Virus record (IMG/VR): IMGVR_UViG_3300020045_008068
Span: 1-32,999 of that record
Direction: 5' to 3' (one strand)
DNA: 32,999 nucleotides
From: a virus
Lineage: Duplodnaviria > Caudoviricetes
Below are positions 1 to 8,491 of the stretch, one piece after another. The position numbers were made by a program, and so were the translations under genes. A model generated the notes under the pieces. It saw only the letters and a program-made list of their open reading frames with translations, ran no database searches and was not told the origin of the DNA. How positions within the stretch are numbered: position 1 is the first letter of the stretch; each line of letters begins with the position of its first letter.

Positions 1-2
1 AA

Positions 3-248
3 GGAAAGGATGTCGCAATCCAGTTTTCATTGTTTTCAGAATCAAGTTCGATAACCGAAATAGACACAATGCACACGGATTTGAAGGCGTTGTTTGATGA
101 TGCGAAATTGACCATCACGGGAAGCACGATGGTAATTATGAAATGGGAACGAACGGTTTCAATGAATGAAATTGTGATAACCGTAAATGGAGAACAAGAT
201 GTAGATTTCTGGGCAGTTGATTATTCTATTTCCCTCCAAGACTCATAA
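3..248 (+). CDS. Tail completion/terminator-like protein, 5'-truncated by the window edge
   Basis: The frame is open from base 3 (GKDVAIQFSLFSES...WAVDYSISLQDS). The IQFSLF and terminal VDY pattern and the position upstream of the tail tube fit tail-completion proteins. Confidence 0.55.
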   Translation, partial: GKDVAIQFSLFSESSSITEIDTMHTDLKALFDDAKLTITGSTMVIMKWERTVSMNEIVITVNGEQDVDFWAVDYSISLQDS

Positions 249-266
249 AACAGAAAGGAATCTAAT

Positions 267-965
267 TTGAAAAACAAAAACATCATCGCAGTCCAAAATT
301 TAATTCGATCCCTCGATATCCAATCCCTCAAAAATCCAACCGTAGTCGCCAACCTTGCCCGTGCATTTGGCATAGTCCAGTGGGGACCGGAAGTGTTCGG
401 GGATGATGAGCGATTCAAGAATCCCGCATCATTTATGGCCGGGATTTACCAAACTCCGGACCAAATTGCAAAGTGTCTAGTTTATCTATCCGACTACCCC
501 ATCAATACTTACCTCGAAGTTGGGATATTCCAAGGTGGTAACTTTTTATTCGTTTCTGAATATCTCCACCGCTTCAACCCTAATATCCGCTGTATTGGAA
601 TCGACCCCACCTCTGCAAGTTTTATGAACGATGAGATCCAATCCGCAATCGAAAAGGAGGTCTGGATTACATTTAAACCCATTACCTCCGATTTTATTCA
701 CGGTTGCGAATTTGACCTTGTGTTTATCGACGGTGATCATACCCCGGAATGGATTGCAAGGGATTGGAATAATGTAGGCCAGTTTGCGAAAATCTGTATT
801 ATCCACGATATTCAAGAAACAACTTGTCAAGCGTGTGTGGATTTCTGGGCGGATCTAAAAAAACTGAAAAAGAAAACGGTTGAGTTTCTGGATTGTACAA
901 GTCCAGTTCCGACACAGGGGATTGGAGTGATTCATAACCAGAAAATCGAGAAGGAGGGCAAATAA
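267..965 (+). CDS. Class I SAM-dependent methyltransferase (Methyltransf_24-like)
   Basis: Motifs YLEVGIFQGG, IGIDP, FDLVFIDGDH and IIHDI. TTG start after CAGAAAGGA. Confidence 0.8.
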   Translation: MKNKNIIAVQNLIRSLDIQSLKNPTVVANLARAFGIVQWGPEVFGDDERFKNPASFMAGIYQTPDQIAKCLVYLSDYPINTYLEVGIFQGGNFLFVSEYLHRFNPNIRCIGIDPTSASFMNDEIQSAIEKEVWITFKPITSDFIHGCEFDLVFIDGDHTPEWIARDWNNVGQFAKICIIHDIQETTCQACVDFWADLKKLKKKTVEFLDCTSPVPTQGIGVIHNQKIEKEGK

Positions 966-2287
966 TGATCCGGTTAATAATGCCCTTCTCGCGTCCAGAG
1001 AACAAGCAAAAATTAATTGATGGATATAAAGACAAAGGGGTAATTCTCTATCCAATCATGTTTCAAGATGAGGCAATTGATTGGGGAGAGGAGCACTGGA
1101 TTCATCCCGTGATTATTTATGAAAACTCTATTAATTGTAAAGTAATGATGCCGGGGTGCTACAAACGAAACTGGTACATTAAAAACTATGAGATTATCAA
1201 CGACGATTATTACGTAACCGTGGATGATGACGATTTCTACGAACCAAACGTATTCTCCGAAGTTGACCAGATGTGCAATGATATCGTAATCGTCTCCATG
1301 AAGCGTGGACACCACACCCCTTCGTCCGCCAAGCCTCCACGCGATTACCCAACTGATACTCTATTCGCGCATCCCAAGAACGTCCAGATCGGATGTATTT
1401 CCGCCCAGCAATCATTCGTAAAGGGTCATATATTTAAGCAACACCTCCACAATGAATACTTCCATTGCTGGGATGGGGAATTAATCGTCCATCACAAAGA
1501 TTCCAACGAACAAATCGCCTACCGTCCGGACCTCTATGCATTATTCAACTATTTTGAGCCGGGGAGATGGGAGGATCGTGAAAAAGTGTTCTGGGGATGC
1601 ATGGTCAACGATGCCCAGCGACTCTCGATGGTACTCCAGCGATCCCAGCTCAAGGGTGAAAAACTCAACTTTGTCCAGAACCCTGAATCCGCAACCAAGG
1701 GATTAAACTATTTGCTCGACAAGGCGGATGGTGAGTCAGCAGATTGGGCCATACTCGTTCACCAGGATATGTATTTCACCCACGAATGGCTTGATAATGT
1801 CCGTGCTCAGATCAAACTCCTCCCCGATAACTGGATCGCGTGTGGGCCAATCGGCAAAGACTCGACCGGCCTGATCTGCGGCAAATTCCACGACATGCGA
1901 ATCCCTGATTGGTTTGATACCTCCGATATCCACACATTCCCTCATGAAGTTTGCTGTTTTGATGAGGCGGTAATAATTATTAATTTGAAGAGTTGTTTTC
2001 GATTTGATGAGTCGCTGGATGGATTCGATCTCTACGGCACCCTTATCGTACTCCAATCATGGGAGATGGAGGGAAAGTGTTTCGTTATTGATGCGCCATG
2101 TTCCCACTATTGTCTCCGTCCGTTCACATGGCACCCAGATTCCCAATTCATCAAAAATTACAAATGGCTTTTTGATAAATTCTCTGCTAAATGGAAATTA
2201 GACTCGACCGCTTTAGGATTATCCCCGGATGCGGAAGAAAGAGTTAAGCAATTAAAAGCGTTTATGACATCAGCGGCACCAGAATAA
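965..2287 (+). CDS. Two-domain GT-A (family 2-like) glycosyltransferase
   Basis: N-terminal domain has LIMPFSR and YVTVDDDDFY (DxD). C-terminal domain has GLN..L, ILVHQDMYF and FDESLDGFDLYG, resembling Glyco_tranf_2_5. The start overlaps the upstream stop (TAATG). Confidence 0.8.
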   Translation: MIRLIMPFSRPENKQKLIDGYKDKGVILYPIMFQDEAIDWGEEHWIHPVIIYENSINCKVMMPGCYKRNWYIKNYEIINDDYYVTVDDDDFYEPNVFSEVDQMCNDIVIVSMKRGHHTPSSAKPPRDYPTDTLFAHPKNVQIGCISAQQSFVKGHIFKQHLHNEYFHCWDGELIVHHKDSNEQIAYRPDLYALFNYFEPGRWEDREKVFWGCMVNDAQRLSMVLQRSQLKGEKLNFVQNPESATKGLNYLLDKADGESADWAILVHQDMYFTHEWLDNVRAQIKLLPDNWIACGPIGKDSTGLICGKFHDMRIPDWFDTSDIHTFPHEVCCFDEAVIIINLKSCFRFDESLDGFDLYGTLIVLQSWEMEGKCFVIDAPCSHYCLRPFTWHPDSQFIKNYKWLFDKFSAKWKLDSTALGLSPDAEERVKQLKAFMTSAAPE

Positions 2288-2315
2288 CAGTAAATATCCA
2301 AAGGAGGATACTACA

Positions 2316-2747
2316 ATGGCTAAAATTGCAGGAGTAAACGGAAAAGTGATGTACGGAAGTGTGATCGTTGCGGAGATGGTGTCGTGGTCGATGTCTGGAT
2401 TCTCGATGCCGGTAACTTCCGCTCCCACCGCGTTTGGCGACACAGGCACAAAGGTCTATGCGGTTGCCGAATTGGGGGAGGCCGGAACAATCGATTTTAA
2501 CGGCAATTACGACCCGACTGATACTACGACTCAGGCGGTTCTGAGTCAATTGTGCCAGGCCGGAACGCATATTACCAACCTCTACCTCTACGCGAATACT
2601 TCTACTTTCTGGCGTGTGGGCGCAGGTGGCGATATCATTATTACTAAAGCGAATGCTATCACCCTTCCACGCAATAACTACGGCACCATTAGCTTTAGTG
2701 GTCAGGTTTCTGCGAAGGCGATGGAGCAGGTTGGCGTGGGTACGTAG
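2316..2747 (+). CDS. Major tail (tube) protein
   Basis: 143 aa, Gly/Thr-rich, with SWSM...TAFGD, GTIDFNGNYD and TISFSGQVS. Strong AAGGAGG RBS. Lies directly before the chaperone gene. Confidence 0.75.
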   Translation: MAKIAGVNGKVMYGSVIVAEMVSWSMSGFSMPVTSAPTAFGDTGTKVYAVAELGEAGTIDFNGNYDPTDTTTQAVLSQLCQAGTHITNLYLYANTSTFWRVGAGGDIIITKANAITLPRNNYGTISFSGQVSAKAMEQVGVGT

Positions 2748-2866
2748 TCCTGCGGACGGCTGAGGCGGTGGCCGAGTTACATCTCCAATTTTAATTTATA
2801 GAACAATCGTTCTAGGTGGATAGTTGTATGAAATCTATAACCCAATCACAGAAAGGTAGGAGGGAG

Positions 2867-3400
2867 ATGGCCGAAGAAAAGTTTATTGATATCGAGATGG
2901 AAGTGACTGAGGGTGAGTGGTTTCCTTTTCAAGCGTCGCGTGTGGATTCGGATACTGGAAAGATTATTTGGGATGATCCCGTGTTGGATGACAAAGGCTC
3001 TCCCATCGCATCTCTCCGGGTTCGTTTGATGGCCCCATTTTATGAGGAACGTATCGCCAAGCGTGGGAGGGTTGTCGAACACATCTTCAATCCCAAGACC
3101 CGTGCAATGGAACGTGTCGTGTCTCTCAAGGAACTCTCTATGGATGAGATCCGTTCCGAGCGCGATGATGCCATTGATTACGCGATTACCGGGATCAAGG
3201 GATTCCGCGACAAGACTACCAAGAAGCCTCTCGAATGCACCCGTATCAATAAACTCGCAATGCTCAGATCTCCGGCGATTGATCGGTTCTTTGGTTACTG
3301 CCAGGAACGCTTGTCTCAATCCACCGTGGAGGAGAAAAAGGCAGAAGCTGAAAATTTTACCAGTGGGTCGAATGGGCAGACCAGTATAAACCCGGAGTAG
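2867..3400 (+). CDS. Tail assembly chaperone (gpG-like)
   Basis: ATG at 2867 after GGAGGGAG. Lies between the tube and tape measure genes and carries a slippery A-AAT-TTT near its 3' end. Confidence 0.75.
   Translation: MAEEKFIDIEMEVTEGEWFPFQASRVDSDTGKIIWDDPVLDDKGSPIASLRVRLMAPFYEERIAKRGRVVEHIFNPKTRAMERVVSLKELSMDEIRSERDDAIDYAITGIKGFRDKTTKKPLECTRINKLAMLRSPAIDRFFGYCQERLSQSTVEEKKAEAENFTSGSNGQTSINPE
3352..3358 (+). promoter_or_regulatory. Programmed -1 ribosomal frameshift heptamer A AAT TTT
   Basis: X-XXY-YYZ heptamer in the correct phase (GAA AAT TTT), at the canonical position for tail chaperones. Confidence 0.7.
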
Positions 3401-3720
3401 AGGGTGGCCCTTGCGATTACTGTTCTAGGAAATCCGCAGAAAGGATACCACCCGAATCGCCTCCGTGTGAATCATGTCGGGTGGAACTGGTGAGCGCAAA
3501 CAGAGACGCGGCAAGAGTGTTCCAGATTGTTCGGTCACAAACGCTGGACCGGATTCACATGGAGGGTGGGATGGGAGGAATGGTGGCCTATTCCCGCCCA
3601 CACGATTTGAACCATTTGGCAATCTGGGCAATGATTGATGCGTTGGGAATTAAAAATCGAGTTGATTGCTTCAATCGAGTATTAACGGTGTTCCGGGAAT
3701 GGTTGAGCAATCAGGAGTAG
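3358..3720 (+). CDS. -1 frame extension of the tail assembly chaperone (gpGT-like)
   Basis: The -1 frame is open from 3358 (YQWVEWADQY...CDYC...CESC...) straight through the listed 3481..3720 ORF. Confidence 0.7.
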   Translation, partial: YQWVEWADQYKPGVEGGPCDYCSRKSAERIPPESPPCESCRVELVSANRDAARVFQIVRSQTLDRIHMEGGMGGMVAYSRPHDLNHLAIWAMIDALGIKNRVDCFNRVLTVFREWLSNQE

Positions 3721-3724
3721 TCCG

Positions 3725-4126
3725 ATGCCGAAGGTTTATATATACAGGGAAATCGCTGATAATGTGGTGATGGCAGAGGCGATGCGTCGGATTGAAGCAG
3801 CGGGAAATGTATTAGCAGAAAAAATCAGATCCAATCTCAGATCGCAAATCAAAAATCCAAATTACTCCAGACCTCCGTATAAAAAGGGACGATACGCCGG
3901 TAAATGGTGGACGGCCCGTGATGCGGGGGAATTGTTAAAATCTGTCCGCGTGGTAAAAAAGTTCGATTCCATCCATCGGAATATCTGGATTGTTGTGGGG
4001 AATTCCAAAGCTTACTATGCCGCAATCTATGAATACGCGACCGATCCTCAACGCGGGAAAAAATTCTACCGTCCCGCACTCGCGTCCGCAAGACCAACAA
4101 TGAAATCGGTGATCGAAAATGGCTGA
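3725..4126 (+). CDS. HK97 gp10-like tail component
   Basis: Motifs GELLKSV, YYAAIYEY and KFYRPAL. Confidence 0.7.
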   Translation: MPKVYIYREIADNVVMAEAMRRIEAAGNVLAEKIRSNLRSQIKNPNYSRPPYKKGRYAGKWWTARDAGELLKSVRVVKKFDSIHRNIWIVVGNSKAYYAAIYEYATDPQRGKKFYRPALASARPTMKSVIENG

Positions 4127-7100
4127 TACTGCCGGTGGAACTAAATTTGCCCAGTTAATTACCGAGATCGATCTTGACAGGTCGAAATACGATAAAAAAC
4201 TGGATGAGTCGGTTGAGGCCGCGAATTTAGCAACTGTAAAAATCGAATCCGCGTTCAAAAAGTTGGGATTGCGGACGGATGAGAGTTACGAAAAGCAACG
4301 GGTCGCAATAACCACGTTCTATAAAAAAATCATCAACGATGCCAATTCTTCCGCGAATGAACGTGCTGCTGCGGAAGAGATGTTGGCGAAGAAAATTGAA
4401 TCAATCAATGCCCGGCAATATTCCGCGTTAAACTCCATGAGGGCCGCTGAAAAGAAATCCATTGACGATGCGAAGGCCGTTCAGGACGGTTACTGGACTT
4501 CGATGGGGGTGAGATCGAATGCTCAGATCGAGGCCCAGAAGAAACAGGTGATGGATTCCTATAACGCATTACTGGTGGGTGCGAAGGGGAATCATACTGA
4601 GCTGTTAAGATTAGAGGCCGCGAAAAATGAAAAATTAAAACGTCTCCAGGATGAATTGGTTGGTAAGCACGATTGGTCGATGGCTGCGATGACCCGCGCT
4701 GTGCTCAGATTATACGCCGCTTGGTACGTTTTCTCCGCTGCGGTTCAGGGTGTATTGATGCCGCTGGAAAAAGGATTCAAGGCGGTAGAGACATTCAACA
4801 CTTCAATTGCATCGATGGCCGCGATGGTGGTGTCATTTTCTCAGCGATCCGAGGGAATGAACCTGGCCGGTCAATGGCAACAGGCGTTAGCATACTCAAA
4901 GGAATTGATCCCAGTACTCGAACAAATCGCCGCGAAAACTCTGCTATCCGGAGAAGAAACAACCGCTCTTGCAAATGCATTTGCGAGATCCGGAGTGTTT
5001 ATCAATGCCAGCAATGCCGCACAGATCGAAGGATTCACACGGATCTCCAATGCCCTTCCATTAATGACTCGGGGGCAGGAAATCATGCGGCAGATCAATA
5101 CCGAAATTCGGGGGTTAATGACAGGTCAGAATGCTCAATCTTCAATGATGTTGATTACGTTGCGTGAAATAGATCCGAGAATAAACGAGAACTTAAAAAC
5201 CTGGAGAGCGCAAGGAACGGTAATTGAAAACATAGGCCGATTACTTGAGGGGTTTGGACCATCAACCGGAATACTCGAAAACCAGTGGCAAGCGGTAAAA
5301 TCCACAATCGATACCACCGCGACTCAAATATTGCGCGGGGTAATGAAACCGGTTTATGAGGAAATAATCGAATCCACGAAAGAATTAAACGAGTGGCTTA
5401 TTAAAAACAAAGACTCCCTCCAGAATTTTATCGACCGTCTTACAATGATGAAGAAAATGTATGACGAACTGACTCCGGATGGAACCGGATTGGCTGTAAC
5501 GGGGGGGATTTTGGGGAGATTGCTTTTCGGTTCAACTCCCGCTGGAGTTATGGTTGGGGCAATGATCCTTGCCAGTGACATGATGGATCGTTTGGGGGTT
5601 AAAACATGGAAAGCCAAACGTGAGGCTGAAATGGCTGCGGCGGCTTTTGCTGAGATGGCGAAGCAGTCTGGATTATTTGGGGGTGGGGAAGCTGGACCTC
5701 CTAGTGGATCGGGGAGAGGATTTGGACCACACAATCCCACTCCGAAACCTCCTGTCCCAACCGAACAGGAATTGGATGCTGCGAAATCCGCTGCGGAAAA
5801 AATCAATAAAGACATTTACTCCTCCGAAGTTGAGCGTGCGGACCATCTTCTCAAAATGTATAAACTTTCTGGAATGAATGAATTAAACGAGGTGATGGCG
5901 AATCTCAACCGCAAAGAAATCGCGCTCAATAAGTGGTACGATGCGGAACGAAAATCAATCACTACCAACGTCCAAGATGAAACGAAACGATCCGCTGCAT
6001 TGGCCGTTCTGGATGCGGAATATAACAAACAGTGGCAGAAATACGAGGATCAGCGGAAAGAGAAAACGATTGAGGTGACTGAATTCCGCAAAAAGGCCGG
6101 ATCGTCGTTCACCACATGGCAGACGAAGCAAATACTGGACGTTACTGAATTTGACCGATTAAAGGCCGGGGAGCGGATGTTCATCAGCGAAACAATGTGG
6201 GATCAGATTCAGCAATACGAATTCTTAACTGGGAAGAAAATCCAGAAGGATCAGATTGCGTTTGTCGGGATAATGATTGATGAATATAACCGCTACCTTG
6301 ATGCAATTTCATCCGGAGTCACCTGGAGGCAAAAACAGGAATCAGATCAATTGGAATTCGAGCGTTATAATGGTGGATTGCGGAAAAAAGTAAGTGCGGA
6401 TACATGGGACAATATTCTCCTTTACGAACGGTTGACCGGGGTAAAGATTCTCGCTGATCAGATTGAGTTTGTTGAGTTGATGGTCAAGGAATATAAAGAT
6501 ACGTTTGTTGGCGGGGTCCAAGGTGCATTACTGGATCTCGAATCCCGATTCACCACATGGGGGACTCTGGCCGGGGAGGTTACAAAAGCATTCACGACCG
6601 AGGCTGAAAAGCAACTGTCTGATAATTTCTACCTGATGTTTTACGGACAGTTTGATAAAGTTGGAATGGATTGGGACAAACTCCTCGACGGGATGCTGAA
6701 ATCCTTCGCTGATTGCCTGGCTAAGATGGTTATGGAGGCAGCGGCACAGGAAGTCCTTATGATGTTTAAAGCCTCATGGACACAGGATTCTGGCGGGATT
6801 TTAGGCATAATTAACAAGGGGTGGGATCTCTGGAATTCAATTGGTGGGGGATCTTTCACTGGAGATGACATTGGATGGCAACCAACAACGGGACCGATGG
6901 ACGGATTGGCCTCTGGTGGCCCTCTTTCCGGAAAACCCGTATGGGTTGGCGAGCGAGGGCCAGAATTGTTATTCCCCTCCGGTCCCGGCTACGTCATGGA
7001 GCACAATCAATCGATGTCCTATGCGGCCAAGAATGGCGGATTCATTCCCGGATTGGCTGATGGTGGATATACGGGCAAGCCGTCCGATTCATATGTTCCT

Positions 7101-8078
7101 AGTCGATGGTCTACCCCGTCCGTTCAGGCGGCAACGCGGCGATGGCTTGATTCTCCTGAATATGCGGCTCAGAAGCAACTTGCGGAATTCACTAGGGCAA
7201 TAACGAACAACGCTCTTATGTCTAGCGGTGATTCAGATATCATAAATCCGATATATGAGCCGGGATCGATTGGCCCGGAAATTATTGCTGCTCGTCAAGA
7301 GCCGGATGGATATTTCAGAACCTACTGGCGTGATGGAACAATGACCGAAGTTCTCAATGATGACTCTACGAGTGGATGGGCGAAGGCATTCACAGGAACT
7401 ATTGACGTTGCCTTGGCTGCTGCATCTTCATACGTTTTGGGGCCAATCGGAGCAGGGCTGATTCAGGGAATAAAAACAGGTGCAATGTCGGGGGGTGATT
7501 GGTCTAAAGCAAGTCTAGCGGCTGCGATGGCTGCGGCATCGTCTTATATGTCGGGTGGTCAAGGATTTGGGAGCGGGGCTGATGATGCGGCAATGCAGGC
7601 TGCGGCAGATGGGGCGTGGGAAGGCGCTGGAGCGGGATTTGCTGGTGTGGAAATGTCTGACGTGTTGACTTGGGCTGGTGGAGCTGCAACGGATTACGCG
7701 AAGAAGCAAGCATTAAAAATGCTGTTTAATTTCCTTGGGCAAAATATTGGTGGCGGGGATAGCGGATCGGCCAGTTATGGATTTGAGGGTGCAAGCGGGG
7801 ATCTATCCGGGCTGATGGATGCGATGCGCGGGATTGCTCCGAAATCAAGCACGTTTGGATTCTCTGCGAAAAACGGATTGGATTATGTCCCCTACGACAA
7901 CTTCCCGGCACGACTTCATAAATCCGAGAAAGTTTTGACCGCCGAAGAAGCTGATAATTATCGGAGTGGTGAGCGGCCAATCATCCATACGCATGTGTAC
8001 TTGGATCGTCGGGAGATCGCATTGGCTGTAGCGGATGAGGCGGCGGTTAATCCAAGGATGAAAAGGAGGCTAAATTGA
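4119..8078 (+). CDS. Tail tape measure protein
   Basis: 1319 aa, Ala-rich and helical. C-terminal ASGG...WVGERGPEL and GLDYVPYDNFPARLHKSEKVL motifs. Confidence 0.9.
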   Translation: MADTAGGTKFAQLITEIDLDRSKYDKKLDESVEAANLATVKIESAFKKLGLRTDESYEKQRVAITTFYKKIINDANSSANERAAAEEMLAKKIESINARQYSALNSMRAAEKKSIDDAKAVQDGYWTSMGVRSNAQIEAQKKQVMDSYNALLVGAKGNHTELLRLEAAKNEKLKRLQDELVGKHDWSMAAMTRAVLRLYAAWYVFSAAVQGVLMPLEKGFKAVETFNTSIASMAAMVVSFSQRSEGMNLAGQWQQALAYSKELIPVLEQIAAKTLLSGEETTALANAFARSGVFINASNAAQIEGFTRISNALPLMTRGQEIMRQINTEIRGLMTGQNAQSSMMLITLREIDPRINENLKTWRAQGTVIENIGRLLEGFGPSTGILENQWQAVKSTIDTTATQILRGVMKPVYEEIIESTKELNEWLIKNKDSLQNFIDRLTMMKKMYDELTPDGTGLAVTGGILGRLLFGSTPAGVMVGAMILASDMMDRLGVKTWKAKREAEMAAAAFAEMAKQSGLFGGGEAGPPSGSGRGFGPHNPTPKPPVPTEQELDAAKSAAEKINKDIYSSEVERADHLLKMYKLSGMNELNEVMANLNRKEIALNKWYDAERKSITTNVQDETKRSAALAVLDAEYNKQWQKYEDQRKEKTIEVTEFRKKAGSSFTTWQTKQILDVTEFDRLKAGERMFISETMWDQIQQYEFLTGKKIQKDQIAFVGIMIDEYNRYLDAISSGVTWRQKQESDQLEFERYNGGLRKKVSADTWDNILLYERLTGVKILADQIEFVELMVKEYKDTFVGGVQGALLDLESRFTTWGTLAGEVTKAFTTEAEKQLSDNFYLMFYGQFDKVGMDWDKLLDGMLKSFADCLAKMVMEAAAQEVLMMFKASWTQDSGGILGIINKGWDLWNSIGGGSFTGDDIGWQPTTGPMDGLASGGPLSGKPVWVGERGPELLFPSGPGYVMEHNQSMSYAAKNGGFIPGLADGGYTGKPSDSYVPSRWSTPSVQAATRRWLDSPEYAAQKQLAEFTRAITNNALMSSGDSDIINPIYEPGSIGPEIIAARQEPDGYFRTYWRDGTMTEVLNDDSTSGWAKAFTGTIDVALAAASSYVLGPIGAGLIQGIKTGAMSGGDWSKASLAAAMAAASSYMSGGQGFGSGADDAAMQAAADGAWEGAGAGFAGVEMSDVLTWAGGAATDYAKKQALKMLFNFLGQNIGGGDSGSASYGFEGASGDLSGLMDAMRGIAPKSSTFGFSAKNGLDYVPYDNFPARLHKSEKVLTAEEADNYRSGERPIIHTHVYLDRREIALAVADEAAVNPRMKRRLN

Positions 8079-8491
8079 GTGCGGCTGAAATGTACGATAG
8101 ATTATCCACCATCGCCTCCGATGTAAACCAGACCCTCTCTATCGCGTGTCAGGGGGAGATAACCGAGGAGGGTGGGTTTAATCAAAAAGTCCATAAGGGT
8201 TACGATGGGTCAGAGCGACGAGTTAATCTAGGCTCAACCACCCCTGAATTTTACTGCACATTTAATTGGAATCTTTTATCCGAATCCGACATGGGGACGA
8301 TATTTGATTTATACTTCGACTCCACAAAGGCATTCGGGATGGTGAATAGTTTCAAGTGGAGTAAGCGTGATGATGGCCACACCTATGTAGTTCGATTCGC
8401 AAGCGAAATTTTCACCAGATCCGGGAATTCCAACGCGAGAATGGGGAGCCGTGGAGTCAAATTACGAATCCTTGGGAGGATAGCTGATTAA
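8075..8491 (+). CDS. Distal tail protein-like
   Basis: 138 aa, directly after the tape measure gene (GTGA-type overlap). Contains SFKW...YVVRF. Confidence 0.6.
   Translation: MSAAEMYDRLSTIASDVNQTLSIACQGEITEEGGFNQKVHKGYDGSERRVNLGSTTPEFYCTFNWNLLSESDMGTIFDLYFDSTKAFGMVNSFKWSKRDDGHTYVVRFASEIFTRSGNSNARMGSRGVKLRILGRIAD

Noticed and set aside
267-965. DNA methyltransferase
   Set aside because: No DPPY/NPPY or PCQ catalytic motif. The FIDGDH motif fits small-molecule or sugar methyltransferases.
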